DNA from: Acidobacteriota bacterium
GTDB taxonomy: Bacteria > Acidobacteriota > UBA890 > WLXD01
DNA length: 64,000 nucleotides
NCBI GenBank assembly: GCA_965205505.1
Contig: CBDBHB010000009.1
Span: 1,600,001-1,664,000, forward strand
Reading direction: 5' to 3'
Part shown: positions 8,424-16,585 of the stretch, piece after piece
Position numbering within the stretch: the stretch's first letter is position 1
Layout: every line of letters begins with the position of its first letter
The notes under the pieces: model-generated
Seen by the model: only the letters and a program-made list of their open reading frames with translations
Told to the model about the DNA's origin: nothing
Database searches by the model: none
Program-made: the position numbers and the translations under genes

Positions 8424-9590
8424 TTGTCTAAAGGTCAAGCACGCACGGCGTGGGTCGGCCGCAACAGCAAAGGACCCTCGGAGGCGTTCGAAGGGCTCGC
8501 CGATGGTTGCTCGATCCACGGCCTCTCTGACGGGACGTGGTCGCTGATCGACGGGATTGAATACCTGCTCGACCGGTGCGGACCGAGCGATGTCACGGTC
8601 TCGACCTGGACCGCGGCGAACGCGGATATCGAGCGGGCGGAGAGACTCCTGCAGGACGGGCGAATCAAGACGCTCCGGCTACTCGTTGACCGGTCGTTCG
8701 AGGGTAGGCAGCCCCGCTACTGTGGCCGCGCGCGGCACCTATTCGGCGATCAAGCGCTCCGGGTGTGGAACTCGCACGCGAAGTTCGCGCTCGTCCTGGG
8801 TGGGAAGCTCGACGTGCTGTACACCACGTCGGCGAACCTGAACGCCAACAAGCGCCTCGAGAACTTCACGCTATTCGCCGGTGGCGACCTGCCCGGGGAA
8901 TACCTCGCGGCGGTGGAAGAGCTGTGGAAACTCCAAAAGCCGGGCGAAGCCTTCGAGGGTGGGTCGTTCCTTGGGCGTGCTCATACCGAAGAGATTCTCG
9001 GGGTCGAAAAGCTACTCGGGCGTGCGGAACTGTCGGCCGCTTTAGGCCGGAGCGCGAAGGGGATTGCGAAGCTGGTAGACGCTGGGATGCCGGTGGCGAG
9101 GCGCGGTTCGAGTGGCCGGCCGCATGGCTACAGGCTCGAGGATGTCGAGGTGTGGATGGCGTCGCGCGACGAGACGCGCCAGCCGGGCGAGTTTCTCGAC
9201 GCGGTGCGCGAACGGGCGCTCAAGGAGCGGGCGCAGAGGCATCTTGCCGAGCAAACGCTCGAGGTGCGGGCCGGGGAGCTCGTGGCGGAGGACGAAGTGA
9301 TAGCGGAGTGGAGCGGGCATGCGGCCGCGGTGCAGACGAAGCTCGTGGCGATCTCCGCCGCGCTGCCGCGGACCGGGGCCACGGGGAGCACGTGCTTCGT
9401 AGACGAAGGCCAGTGCGTCGCGTTGCCGACCCCGCGGTGTTTGATCCGATGTCACGCCGCCCAGCCGACGGACAGCACCACCGCTTGCTGGAGCACGGCC
9501 TGCGCCGCCCTTTCCTGTTTGTCGGGCGGAGCCATTGAGACCGCACAGGTGATCGCGGAGCTGATCCAGTTGACCCCCGGAGATGCGTGA
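8424..9590 (+). CDS. PLD-superfamily nuclease domain fused to a Nu1-like terminase small subunit; C-terminus corrupted after ~9370
   Basis: N-terminal STWT, LLVDRS, HAKF and SANLN motifs; then [11 protein letters not shown]...AGMPV...YRLEDVEVW wHTH, a coiled coil and GELV. Last residues read into an hsdR remnant. Confidence 0.75.
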   Translation: MSKGQARTAWVGRNSKGPSEAFEGLADGCSIHGLSDGTWSLIDGIEYLLDRCGPSDVTVSTWTAANADIERAERLLQDGRIKTLRLLVDRSFEGRQPRYCGRARHLFGDQALRVWNSHAKFALVLGGKLDVLYTTSANLNANKRLENFTLFAGGDLPGEYLAAVEELWKLQKPGEAFEGGSFLGRAHTEEILGVEKLLGRAELSAALGRSAKGIAKLVDAGMPVARRGSSGRPHGYRLEDVEVWMASRDETRQPGEFLDAVRERALKERAQRHLAEQTLEVRAGELVAEDEVIAEWSGHAAAVQTKLVAISAALPRTGATGSTCFVDEGQCVALPTPRCLIRCHAAQPTDSTTACWSTACAALSCLSGGAIETAQVIAELIQLTPGDA

Positions 9591-9702
9591 GGCAAGTGCC
9601 CGCGGTGAAGAGCTGAGGCTATCCAAGGATGAGCTGGCCTTCTACGATGCGCTGGAGACCAATGACAGCGCCGTCCATGTGCTCGGTAACGACACCCTGC
9701 GC
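9531..9702 (+). pseudogene. Fragment of type I HsdR C-terminal domain (DUF3387), frameshifted
   Basis: [14 protein letters not shown] / [41 protein letters not shown]. Confidence 0.85.
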
Positions 9703-9992
9703 AGTGCTGGAGCAAGCCGAAGTGCTGTCCGCAGAGGTGGGATGCCTGAATCGTTGAACGACCCGCACAGCTTGCCGCCTTATCGACGCATTGAAACAGC
9801 GACACTTCGGCGTTGTCGTCAGCAAGACCTGTGGCCGCCTGCTTCGCACGCGGGCGACAGTGGGTGGTTCACCGACGGCCTAGTCGACGCTCATCTGCGT
9901 GAGGCCGTGATTACGCTGTCGGAGGCTCGGAAGGCCCTCGAGGACCTGGCGAGAGCGCCCGGAATCCGCAGCGGGGACACGCCTGGCCGTTG

Positions 9993-10466
9993 ATGACAGC
10001 GGTAGCCCGGGGCGCCAAGCGACGGAAACGGCGAGAACTTGCACGTCGTGGCGGCCCATCACAAAATCGTGCTAGGGTCCGTCCGAAGCTATTCGAGTAT
10101 GTGGACCACAGAGGAGTCCTCGCGATTTCGTCCTGGCGAAAGGATCTCCAGCCTGGGCAGCGCGGCGCGTTCGACGACAAGGTCAGACTGCTCAAAGAGC
10201 AGGGTGCGGAACTCTCCGTCTCCCATACGATCCTTGCCGGTCCTGTCGAGAAGCACCTTTACAAACTGCGGTTCTCCGCTGGACGCGTGCAGCTGCGCCC
10301 GGTGTTATGCAGGGGCCCGATCGTTAACGCCAGCGAGTTCACGTTCTTAGTCGGTGCCAAGGAAAAAGGCGACAAGATGATCCCACGTAACGCGTACAGC
10401 AAGGCGCTAGAATGTCGGCAGATCATTCGCGGCGACCCTGACCGGAGACACGAATATGACTGCTGA
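9993..10466 (+). CDS. RelE/HigB-like toxin (start uncertain, possibly GTG 10100)
   Basis: FEYVDHRG...ISSW...LYKLRF...LRPVLCRGP...FTFLVGAKEK; overlaps the downstream HTH gene. Confidence 0.65.
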   Translation: MTAVARGAKRRKRRELARRGGPSQNRARVRPKLFEYVDHRGVLAISSWRKDLQPGQRGAFDDKVRLLKEQGAELSVSHTILAGPVEKHLYKLRFSAGRVQLRPVLCRGPIVNASEFTFLVGAKEKGDKMIPRNAYSKALECRQIIRGDPDRRHEYDC

Positions 10467-11064
10467 GATGAACCGCATCCGCGAAGAGTTCCGGGATCCA
10501 GAATACCGGCACGGATACATCCAATCGTTCGTCGACTCCGTGGTCGCCAGCCAGGTCCGGATCCTTCGAAAGCACCACGGCCTGTCCCAGGCGGAACTCG
10601 CGGAGAAACTCGGCACGAAGCAATCCGCTATCTCGCGGATCGAGGACCCGAACTCTTCGGCGTGTAGCGTGACGACGCTGAAACGGCTCGCAAAGGTGTT
10701 CGACGTGGGCCTGTCAGTGCGCTTCGAGAGCTTCGGCGAGATGCTATTCGAGATTGAGGACCGTAGCCCGGACACACTGTGGCAACCTTCCTTCGACAAG
10801 GATCCTGCCTTCCAATCCCGACCGGCGTTCGTGACGCACTCAGACCCAGAGCCGTCGCAAGGGAGAGAGTTTTTGAAGCCTTTCTCTAACGCCTTGGCGG
10901 AAGACTGGCGTGAGCAAGTTCTCCCTGTTGAGGGCAAGGGCCTCGACCAGCCTCTCGCCACCTCTAAGCAGCCCCTTAGTGACGCACGCGCTTCGCCGGA
11001 CACGTTCCGAATAGCCAGCGCTACCTCCACTTCTCCGCATGTTAGGGACGGGGCAGCTGCGTGA
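10456..11064 (+). CDS. XRE-family HTH antitoxin (HigA-like) with long C-terminal extension
   Basis: LRKHHGLSQAELAEKLGTKQSAISRIE...TTLKRLAKVFDVGLSVRF, followed by ~90 aa of S/P-rich tail. Confidence 0.85.
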   Translation: MTAEMNRIREEFRDPEYRHGYIQSFVDSVVASQVRILRKHHGLSQAELAEKLGTKQSAISRIEDPNSSACSVTTLKRLAKVFDVGLSVRFESFGEMLFEIEDRSPDTLWQPSFDKDPAFQSRPAFVTHSDPEPSQGREFLKPFSNALAEDWREQVLPVEGKGLDQPLATSKQPLSDARASPDTFRIASATSTSPHVRDGAAA

Positions 11065-11759
11065 AAGTGCGCCGCTTGGAAGTCACACAGACCCGTATCT
11101 TCAGGTCCGATGTTCTCCCTGTGAGCGCCCTGCTATCGACGAAGCTTGGGAGTCATCTTGTGTCGCAGTTCGGCTTCGGTGACGTACGCCCGAATCTGGT
11201 TGAAGGTGAGCTTGACTCGATCATTTACGCTCGCGGGTCGCTTGAGTTGGATGATGAGCGCTCGGTGTTAATTCTCAGCATGGCGGTGGGGCCTCGCCGG
11301 ATCGTATCGGCCATACACGGACCATCTGCCGACGCAGACGAGTTCTTCGCCCGGATCGTGCACATCCTGGCCGAACTGGGCTACGGTGAGCCGGAGACAC
11401 TCGTCCCCGTCGTTGCGGCTGAGGAGAGCGTGTGTGTCTGCACGCTCGACATCAACTTCGGCGCGATGTTCTCCCCGGCGCTCCACGAATTCGTCGCCGA
11501 TACAGTGGCACCGGCAACGGCTAGCCCCTACGCCGACCATCATGAATTGATGCCTCAGCGACTTGGGTTCCGCGTGAGATACAAGGCCGCTGAAGACGTC
11601 ACGTCATTCGAGGCGAGCCTTGCGGACAAGATCTTCGTTCTCGAACCAAGAACGGGTGCCGGAGACGGCGAGCCGCTGTACTACGCGTCGCTGCCGGGCT
11701 CGACGGACGCTTTAATCAGAGTGCTCAATGAGCTCGAGACAAGATTCCCGCCAGCGTAG
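11061..11759 (+). CDS. Hypothetical protein coupled to the TA pair (candidate chaperone/third component)
   Basis: GTGA overlap with the antitoxin stop; 232 aa mixed beta/alpha sequence. Confidence 0.7.
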   Translation: MKVRRLEVTQTRIFRSDVLPVSALLSTKLGSHLVSQFGFGDVRPNLVEGELDSIIYARGSLELDDERSVLILSMAVGPRRIVSAIHGPSADADEFFARIVHILAELGYGEPETLVPVVAAEESVCVCTLDINFGAMFSPALHEFVADTVAPATASPYADHHELMPQRLGFRVRYKAAEDVTSFEASLADKIFVLEPRTGAGDGEPLYYASLPGSTDALIRVLNELETRFPPA

Positions 11760-11901
11760 TCTTCCTTTTGCGGGGTGAGCCGGTGCTCGGCAAAGGGCTT
11801 GCGAGACATCAGCCCTCACCTCGACACTACCTCGCCTGGAGGTTGCTTCCGCCCTGGGGCGGGGGAAGCAAGGCCAAGTCGAAGCGATTCGGGTAGGTCA
11901 C

Positions 11902-12411
11902 ATGGTGAAGAGGACGATGTGTTTGCTGTCAGCACTTGCAGTCGGCTGCGCGAGCACAGCGTCGGTGCCGGAGCTTGGCACGGTGCCCGGGAGCGAAGCG
12001 CAGGGGCAGTCATCGTGGCGTGGTTTGGTGGTGGCGCCGGAGCGGCGATATTCACCGTACGAGGCGGGTGCGTACCGGTACTCGCAGTCGGTTGAGGATC
12101 GCATCGTCGCACAACTCGGCGGAGTGTACGGCCCGTATGCAGGACGCTGGTTCGCATCCAAGTCGGAGACCGACATCGAGCACATCGTGGCGCGGTCGGA
12201 AGCGTACGATAGCCGTCTATGCGCCGCCGACGGGGCGACGAAACGACAGTTCTCCAACGATCTGATCAACCTGACATTCGCTGCGCCGGACGTGAATCGG
12301 TATCAGCAACGGGACCATGATGTGTCGATCGGCCGTTGGTACCCGGCCGGGTTCATCCGTTGGTACATGCGTGCCGTGGCCGGTGAAGTCGGGCCGGTGC
12401 TCGCCTACTGA
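11902..12411 (+). pseudogene. DUF1524/HNH-like lipoprotein, truncated and fused to a Rieske-oxygenase C-terminal fragment
   Basis: Lipobox AVGC; DIEHIVARSEAYDS...FSNDLINL...N motif. The tail PAGFIRWYM... matches the end of the 58100 gene. Confidence 0.75.
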
Positions 12412-12413
12412 CC

Positions 12414-13523
12414 GTGTCGAGCGCGGCGGCACCGAGCCCGCGGTTCGCGTTCATCGACGGGTTGCGTGGCCTGGCTTCGCTGAGCGTTGCGTTGTCGCAT
12501 CTCGTGTGGCTGCTGCCGTACCCGCTGCCGCTGCTCGAGTACGGTATGCACGGCCTCGAAGCGTTTTTCGTCATCAGCGGCTTCGTGATCGCCCATGCGC
12601 TGCGACGAACTCACGTAACCTTCGCCTTCGTCGGCAACTTCCTCTTGCGCCGATCGGTCCGCCTAGACCCCGCCTACTGGATCGCGATCCTGGGGCAGTT
12701 GTTCGTGCTGTGGCTGTGGTCAGAGCCTCTGCCGAGCCTCGCGGTCATCGGTTTGAACGCCGCCTACCTTCACGACCTGGCGCAGGTGGCCCATGTCGTT
12801 GAGGTGTCGTGGACGCTCTGCCTCGAGTTCCAGTTCTACATCGTCTACGTCATGGTCCTGGGGCTGAGCCAGTTGCTGGCAGCGCGGCTCGCCACCCCCG
12901 TCGGCCGAGTACGTATGGCGCTCTTCGGATCGCTGACGGTTCTGTCCGTGCTCTCGGGCATTCCCTGGGGAATCCACCCTTGGCTCGAGGCGATCGGCAA
13001 CGTTCCGGGGCTGTTTGTTTCACTCTGGTACATGTTCTTCCTGGGCGTAGCAGTGCAGTGGACGCTGACCAATGAGCTGCACCGTGCTTGGTTCGTTGCC
13101 TTCCTCGTGGCACTGGGGGCTGTGGCCTGGCTCTGGCGCGACCCTGTGCTCGTTCCACGCGACGAGATCAGCCCGGCAATAGCCCTTGCCACCGCGCTGC
13201 TCGTATACGCCGCCGGCTCGCTGGGTCGGCTACCAGCCGCCCTGGGGCAAGGCTGGCTACAGTACTTCGGCAGGATCTCCTACAGCCTCTACTTGGTGCA
13301 CGTGATGGTGGGCATGAACCTGGTCTACCTAGGCGAGCTCCTGCATGGGTCCGGGCCCGTCGCGATGATCGCTTGGTTCCTGGCCGCCTTTGGCGCCAGC
13401 GTTCTCGCGGCTCATCTCCTCTACGTTGCCGTGGAGCGGCCGAGCCTGCGGCTGATCGAGCGCCTGAAAGGACGCCAACTAGCTCAACCTCGACGCTCAC
13501 CGAGGGTGGGCGCCGTCGTGTGA
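12414..13523 (+). CDS. Acyltransferase family 3 (OafA/YrhL-like)
   Basis: IDGLRGLA, FFVISGF, SWTLCLEFQFY, GRISYSLYLVH and VERP motifs; multiple TM segments. Confidence 0.93.
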   Translation: MSSAAAPSPRFAFIDGLRGLASLSVALSHLVWLLPYPLPLLEYGMHGLEAFFVISGFVIAHALRRTHVTFAFVGNFLLRRSVRLDPAYWIAILGQLFVLWLWSEPLPSLAVIGLNAAYLHDLAQVAHVVEVSWTLCLEFQFYIVYVMVLGLSQLLAARLATPVGRVRMALFGSLTVLSVLSGIPWGIHPWLEAIGNVPGLFVSLWYMFFLGVAVQWTLTNELHRAWFVAFLVALGAVAWLWRDPVLVPRDEISPAIALATALLVYAAGSLGRLPAALGQGWLQYFGRISYSLYLVHVMVGMNLVYLGELLHGSGPVAMIAWFLAAFGASVLAAHLLYVAVERPSLRLIERLKGRQLAQPRRSPRVGAVV

Positions 13524-13543
13524 CGGGTCGCCGCCGTCACGGG

Positions 13544-13759
13544 TTACGTACCCGGGTACTCGGTGAAGAGCACGACGTTGCCCTCCGAGTCGGTCGCGAC
13601 GAGCTGCGTGTAGCCGGGTTGGTGATCGATCCCCGTGCGGTCATTGATGGCAGGTATGTGCGGGAATACAGACCCCTGCGCGCAAAGGTACTCGTAGAGT
13701 CGATCCACCGATCGGACCCAGAAGCTCACGTAGCCATTAGCTTTACCGGGCCGCAACAA
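13544..13759 (-). pseudogene. VOC/glyoxalase C-terminal fragment
   Basis: VSFWVRSVDRLY...ATDSEGNVVLF; no clear N-terminus. Confidence 0.5.
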
Positions 13760-13877
13760 CTCCTAGGCGTCGACGCGGCCTTGTATGGCGACCGTTGGGC
13801 CGAAGCCTTTCACTGCCGCAACTGACCGCCTCAATCACCCTGAATCGCTGCGCGTTCCCCTGGATGGGCCTGTCAAG

Positions 13878-13897
13878 TTGTGACCTCTGTGTGACCT
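13878..13897 (+). promoter_or_regulatory. Putative integrase arm-type sites (right)
   Basis: TTGTGACCTCTGTGTGACCT, matching 3542-3561. Confidence 0.7.
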
Positions 13898-13971
13898 AAT
13901 AGCAACGAACGCACGCAGTCTACCGGGACGATATCGACCGTAAATAGCTTATTTCATTTGAGTTATTTTAA

Positions 13972-13997
13972 GTCTGGGTGAGAGGATTTGAACCTCC
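13972..13997 (-). other. tRNA-Pro-like 3' remnant (T-arm plus acceptor strand), not a full tRNA
   Basis: Minus strand reads GGAGGTTCAAATCCTCTCACCCAGAC; no D or anticodon arm upstream. Confidence 0.75.
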
Positions 13998-14018
13998 TGA
14001 ATACTGTCACTGCAGCAG

Positions 14019-14066
14019 AATCGCCTGCCGCTGCGCATCGAAGCCGGCGAGAGAACCTTCAAGTAG
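14019..14066 (+). pseudogene. Displaced 3' end of the DUF1684 gene
   Basis: NRLPLRIEAGERTFK* continues CPLPPQQ to give the typical DUF1684 ending. Confidence 0.9.
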
Positions 14067-15126
14067 CTGGTGTGCGGACCGTTTCGGGGGCGGCGTCTGC
14101 GCGGTCGGAATCGAGCGTCTCGGCGATTCTGTAGGGCGTCTGGCCGACCGCCTCGTAGTACGTGCGCATTGCCATCTCTGCTAGCAAGCCCGTACTGACT
14201 ATCTGGATACCGATGAGCACCAGCCCGAAGGCGACGATAAGCAGGGGACGGTTGGCGATGGGTTCGAACACCACGAAGCGCACGTACGCGAGGTAGGCGA
14301 GCAGCGCTGTGCCGGCGAGTGTCAGGCTGCCCCCCAGGGCACCAAAGAACAGGAACGGACGCGTCGCATAGCCGAGCAGGAAACGTACCAGCAGGATGTC
14401 GAGCACGACCTTGAACACGCGAAACAGCCCGTATTTCGTGGTTCCGGCGACGCGCGCCCGGTCGCTGACGGGGATCTCGGTGATGCGCGTTCCTTGCCAG
14501 CTGGCGATGGCCGGGATGAAGCGGTGCAGCTCGCCGTAGAGCTTGATGTTGCGCAGAATCTCGCGCCGATAGCCTTTCAGCGAGCAGCCGTAGTCGTGCA
14601 GCGATACCCCAGTCGTTCGAGAGATGATGCGATTGGCGATCATCGAGGGCAGACGTCGGGTCAGGAACGGCTCCTTACGGTTCAGTCGCCAGCCGCTGAC
14701 GATATCGAAGCCCTCATCCATCTTGGCCAGCACCATCGGGATGTCGGCCGGGTCGTTCTGCAAATCGCCGTCCATCGTCACCACGACATCACCGCGAGCC
14801 GCCTCAAAGCCGGCCGAGAATCCCGCCGTTTGCCCGAAGTTTCTCCGTAGTCGGATGATGCGCCAGCGATCATCGCGTCGATGCACGTCGCGCAGCTTCT
14901 CGAACGTGCCGTCGCTGCTGCCGTCGTCGACGATCACTACCTCGTAGGGACGCCCCAGATGCTCCAGCGCGCTCGTAATCTGTTCGTATAGAGGTTCGAC
15001 ATTGTCGACCTCGTTGAACATCGGGACCACTATCGATAGGTCAACGGCGGCGCGCGATCCGGGTCGCGTCTCGGCGGCCAACGCCGGGGAGGAGCCGGAG
15101 GTGGCCGGTCCTGATACTCCGGTCAC
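14059..15126 (-). CDS. GT2 polyprenol-phosphate glycosyltransferase (ArnC/GtrB-like)
   Basis: SIVVPMFNE, VDDGSSDGT, RRNFGQTA, MDGDLQNDP and YGELHRFIP motifs; two C-terminal TMs; GTG start 15126. Confidence 0.92.
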   Translation of the reverse strand: MTGVSGPATSGSSPALAAETRPGSRAAVDLSIVVPMFNEVDNVEPLYEQITSALEHLGRPYEVVIVDDGSSDGTFEKLRDVHRRDDRWRIIRLRRNFGQTAGFSAGFEAARGDVVVTMDGDLQNDPADIPMVLAKMDEGFDIVSGWRLNRKEPFLTRRLPSMIANRIISRTTGVSLHDYGCSLKGYRREILRNIKLYGELHRFIPAIASWQGTRITEIPVSDRARVAGTTKYGLFRVFKVVLDILLVRFLLGYATRPFLFFGALGGSLTLAGTALLAYLAYVRFVVFEPIANRPLLIVAFGLVLIGIQIVSTGLLAEMAMRTYYEAVGQTPYRIAETLDSDRADAAPETVRTPAT

Positions 15127-15335
15127 AGTCGCTCTCCGCGACGTAGCTTTTCGAGCGCTTTGTCGAGTCGCCGCTGACGCGTATCTTCGCGCTTGGCGTC
15201 GGCGATCCAGCGGGCGTACTCCAGCACCCTTACCTGGCCGCGGGTCCCGTGCGTCTCTTGTACCGAGAAAGGAATCTCTACGAGGCCGCCGCCGCCGCGG
15301 CCCTCCGTGATGACGGCGTCGAACTCGTGGGTCAC
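15123..15335 (-). pseudogene. DUF1905/YdeI-OmpD-associated protein with large in-frame internal deletion
   Basis: FDAVI...GGGLVEIPF...GTRGQVRV is joined directly to EYARWIADAKREDTRQRRL; only 70 aa. Confidence 0.65.
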
Positions 15336-16585
15336 TCGACCTTCCAGATGGCAATGCCGCCGGCCTGTTTGCCGATGTCGATGTTGCCGACGCGCTGCGC
15401 CGTGTGCAGATCGTAGGCTTCGACCGACCCCGGTTCGCCGCCGATGCCCTCGATGGTCACGAACGCGTAACGGCCGTCGGGCGAACAAACAACACCGTGT
15501 GGGATTGGTCGCAACGTGTCGATCTTGGCCACCTCCTCACCGAGCTCGAGGTCCCAGATGCCGACGGACTTGCTGCTCTTGTATGTGACCACGAGCAACT
15601 TGCCGTCTGGCGTGACGTCGAGGTTGTAGGGTCCGGCCGCGGTGCTGAACGTGCGCTCGACCTTCCAGTCCTCGACGTCCACCTCGAGCAGGCGAGCCGA
15701 CCCGTTGCCGGCGACATATACCTTCCCCTGGGGGGTGACCGGCGACACCCAGGTGGGCTTGATGAGGGGAGGCTTCATCGCCATGCCCTCGTCGTGGCTC
15801 ATGTCGCTCATGCTGTCTGCGCCCCCGAGGTCCTGTGCGAGACCGTTGCCGGTCTGCTGATAGCGCTCCCAGGACGGGGCGTTCTCCGAAAGCGGAAGGA
15901 TGCGGCGATTGCGCAGTTGGTAAGCGTCGATCTCGCGCAGCTCATCGTTCATCATCGCGACGCTGTATTGACGACTGCCAGCCGTGTTCATGCGCGAGCC
16001 ATGCGGCATGACGCCGGTGGGAATCTGCGCCACCTCGGTCATCGACTCGGTCTCGACCACCGAGACTGTGCTGGGCACGTGGTCGCCGTGGAGGTTGAAG
16101 TTCACGGCGAACAACAGTCCGGTGCTCGGCGAGATCACCGCCGAAGCAGGGAACAGCCCCAGGGTCACGTCGCCGACGTACTCGTCGGTCTCGGTGTCGT
16201 ACTTGAACAGGATCCCGAATGGGTTGCCGTGGGCGACGGTGACGTACCAATAGCGGCCGTCGGGCGAGATCGTCATGCCATGGGGGCCTTCGGTCTCCGT
16301 AGGCCATATACCTACCGGAATGCTGCGGATGAGTCGAAAACCCTCCGGGCCGAAGGCGATCTTCTCGACGACGTCGTCAGATTCGGCGGCGACGTATAGG
16401 TAGTAGGTGTTTTCGGGGGCTGCGGCGCCAGGCACCGGGTTCAGCACCGCGAGCGCGGTCATCAGCAATAGCGTCAGCATCCCTGAACCGACCACCTGGG
16501 CTCTTGGGCGAGGTAGGTGCCTCAAGGTTTGCCACGCTGTCGGCCGGGATCGCGTCTGCTTCATCCTGCCTCGCTCATCTGCCAC
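15332..16585 (-). CDS. Secreted YncE/YVTN beta-propeller protein
   Basis: Repeated PHG...SPDG / TPDG blades; signal-like N-terminus. Confidence 0.85.
   Translation of the reverse strand: MADERGRMKQTRSRPTAWQTLRHLPRPRAQVVGSGMLTLLLMTALAVLNPVPGAAAPENTYYLYVAAESDDVVEKIAFGPEGFRLIRSIPVGIWPTETEGPHGMTISPDGRYWYVTVAHGNPFGILFKYDTETDEYVGDVTLGLFPASAVISPSTGLLFAVNFNLHGDHVPSTVSVVETESMTEVAQIPTGVMPHGSRMNTAGSRQYSVAMMNDELREIDAYQLRNRRILPLSENAPSWERYQQTGNGLAQDLGGADSMSDMSHDEGMAMKPPLIKPTWVSPVTPQGKVYVAGNGSARLLEVDVEDWKVERTFSTAAGPYNLDVTPDGKLLVVTYKSSKSVGIWDLELGEEVAKIDTLRPIPHGVVCSPDGRYAFVTIEGIGGEPGSVEAYDLHTAQRVGNIDIGKQAGGIAIWKVE

Larger units (their letters stand above)
3412..14018. mobile_element. Integrated PICI/P4-like phage satellite (~10.6 kb)
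   Basis: Imperfect 15-bp direct repeats at 3412-3426 (CTGCCACCGCAACAG) and 14004-14018 (CTGTCACTGCAGCAG); split host gene; integrase-alpA-rep-terS gene order; no capsid or tail genes. Confidence 0.88.

Noticed and set aside
3574-9590. Prophage
   Set aside because: No terL, portal, capsid, tail or lysis genes between the att repeats; size and gene order fit a satellite.
9860-9960. GWFTDG...LEDL resembling the C-terminus of cyclase/AAA-TPR proteins
   Set aside because: Too short and gapped to support without an alignment.
13972-13997. Complete tRNA gene
   Set aside because: Only the T-arm and 3' acceptor strand are present; the upstream sequence is the att core and DUF1684 tail.
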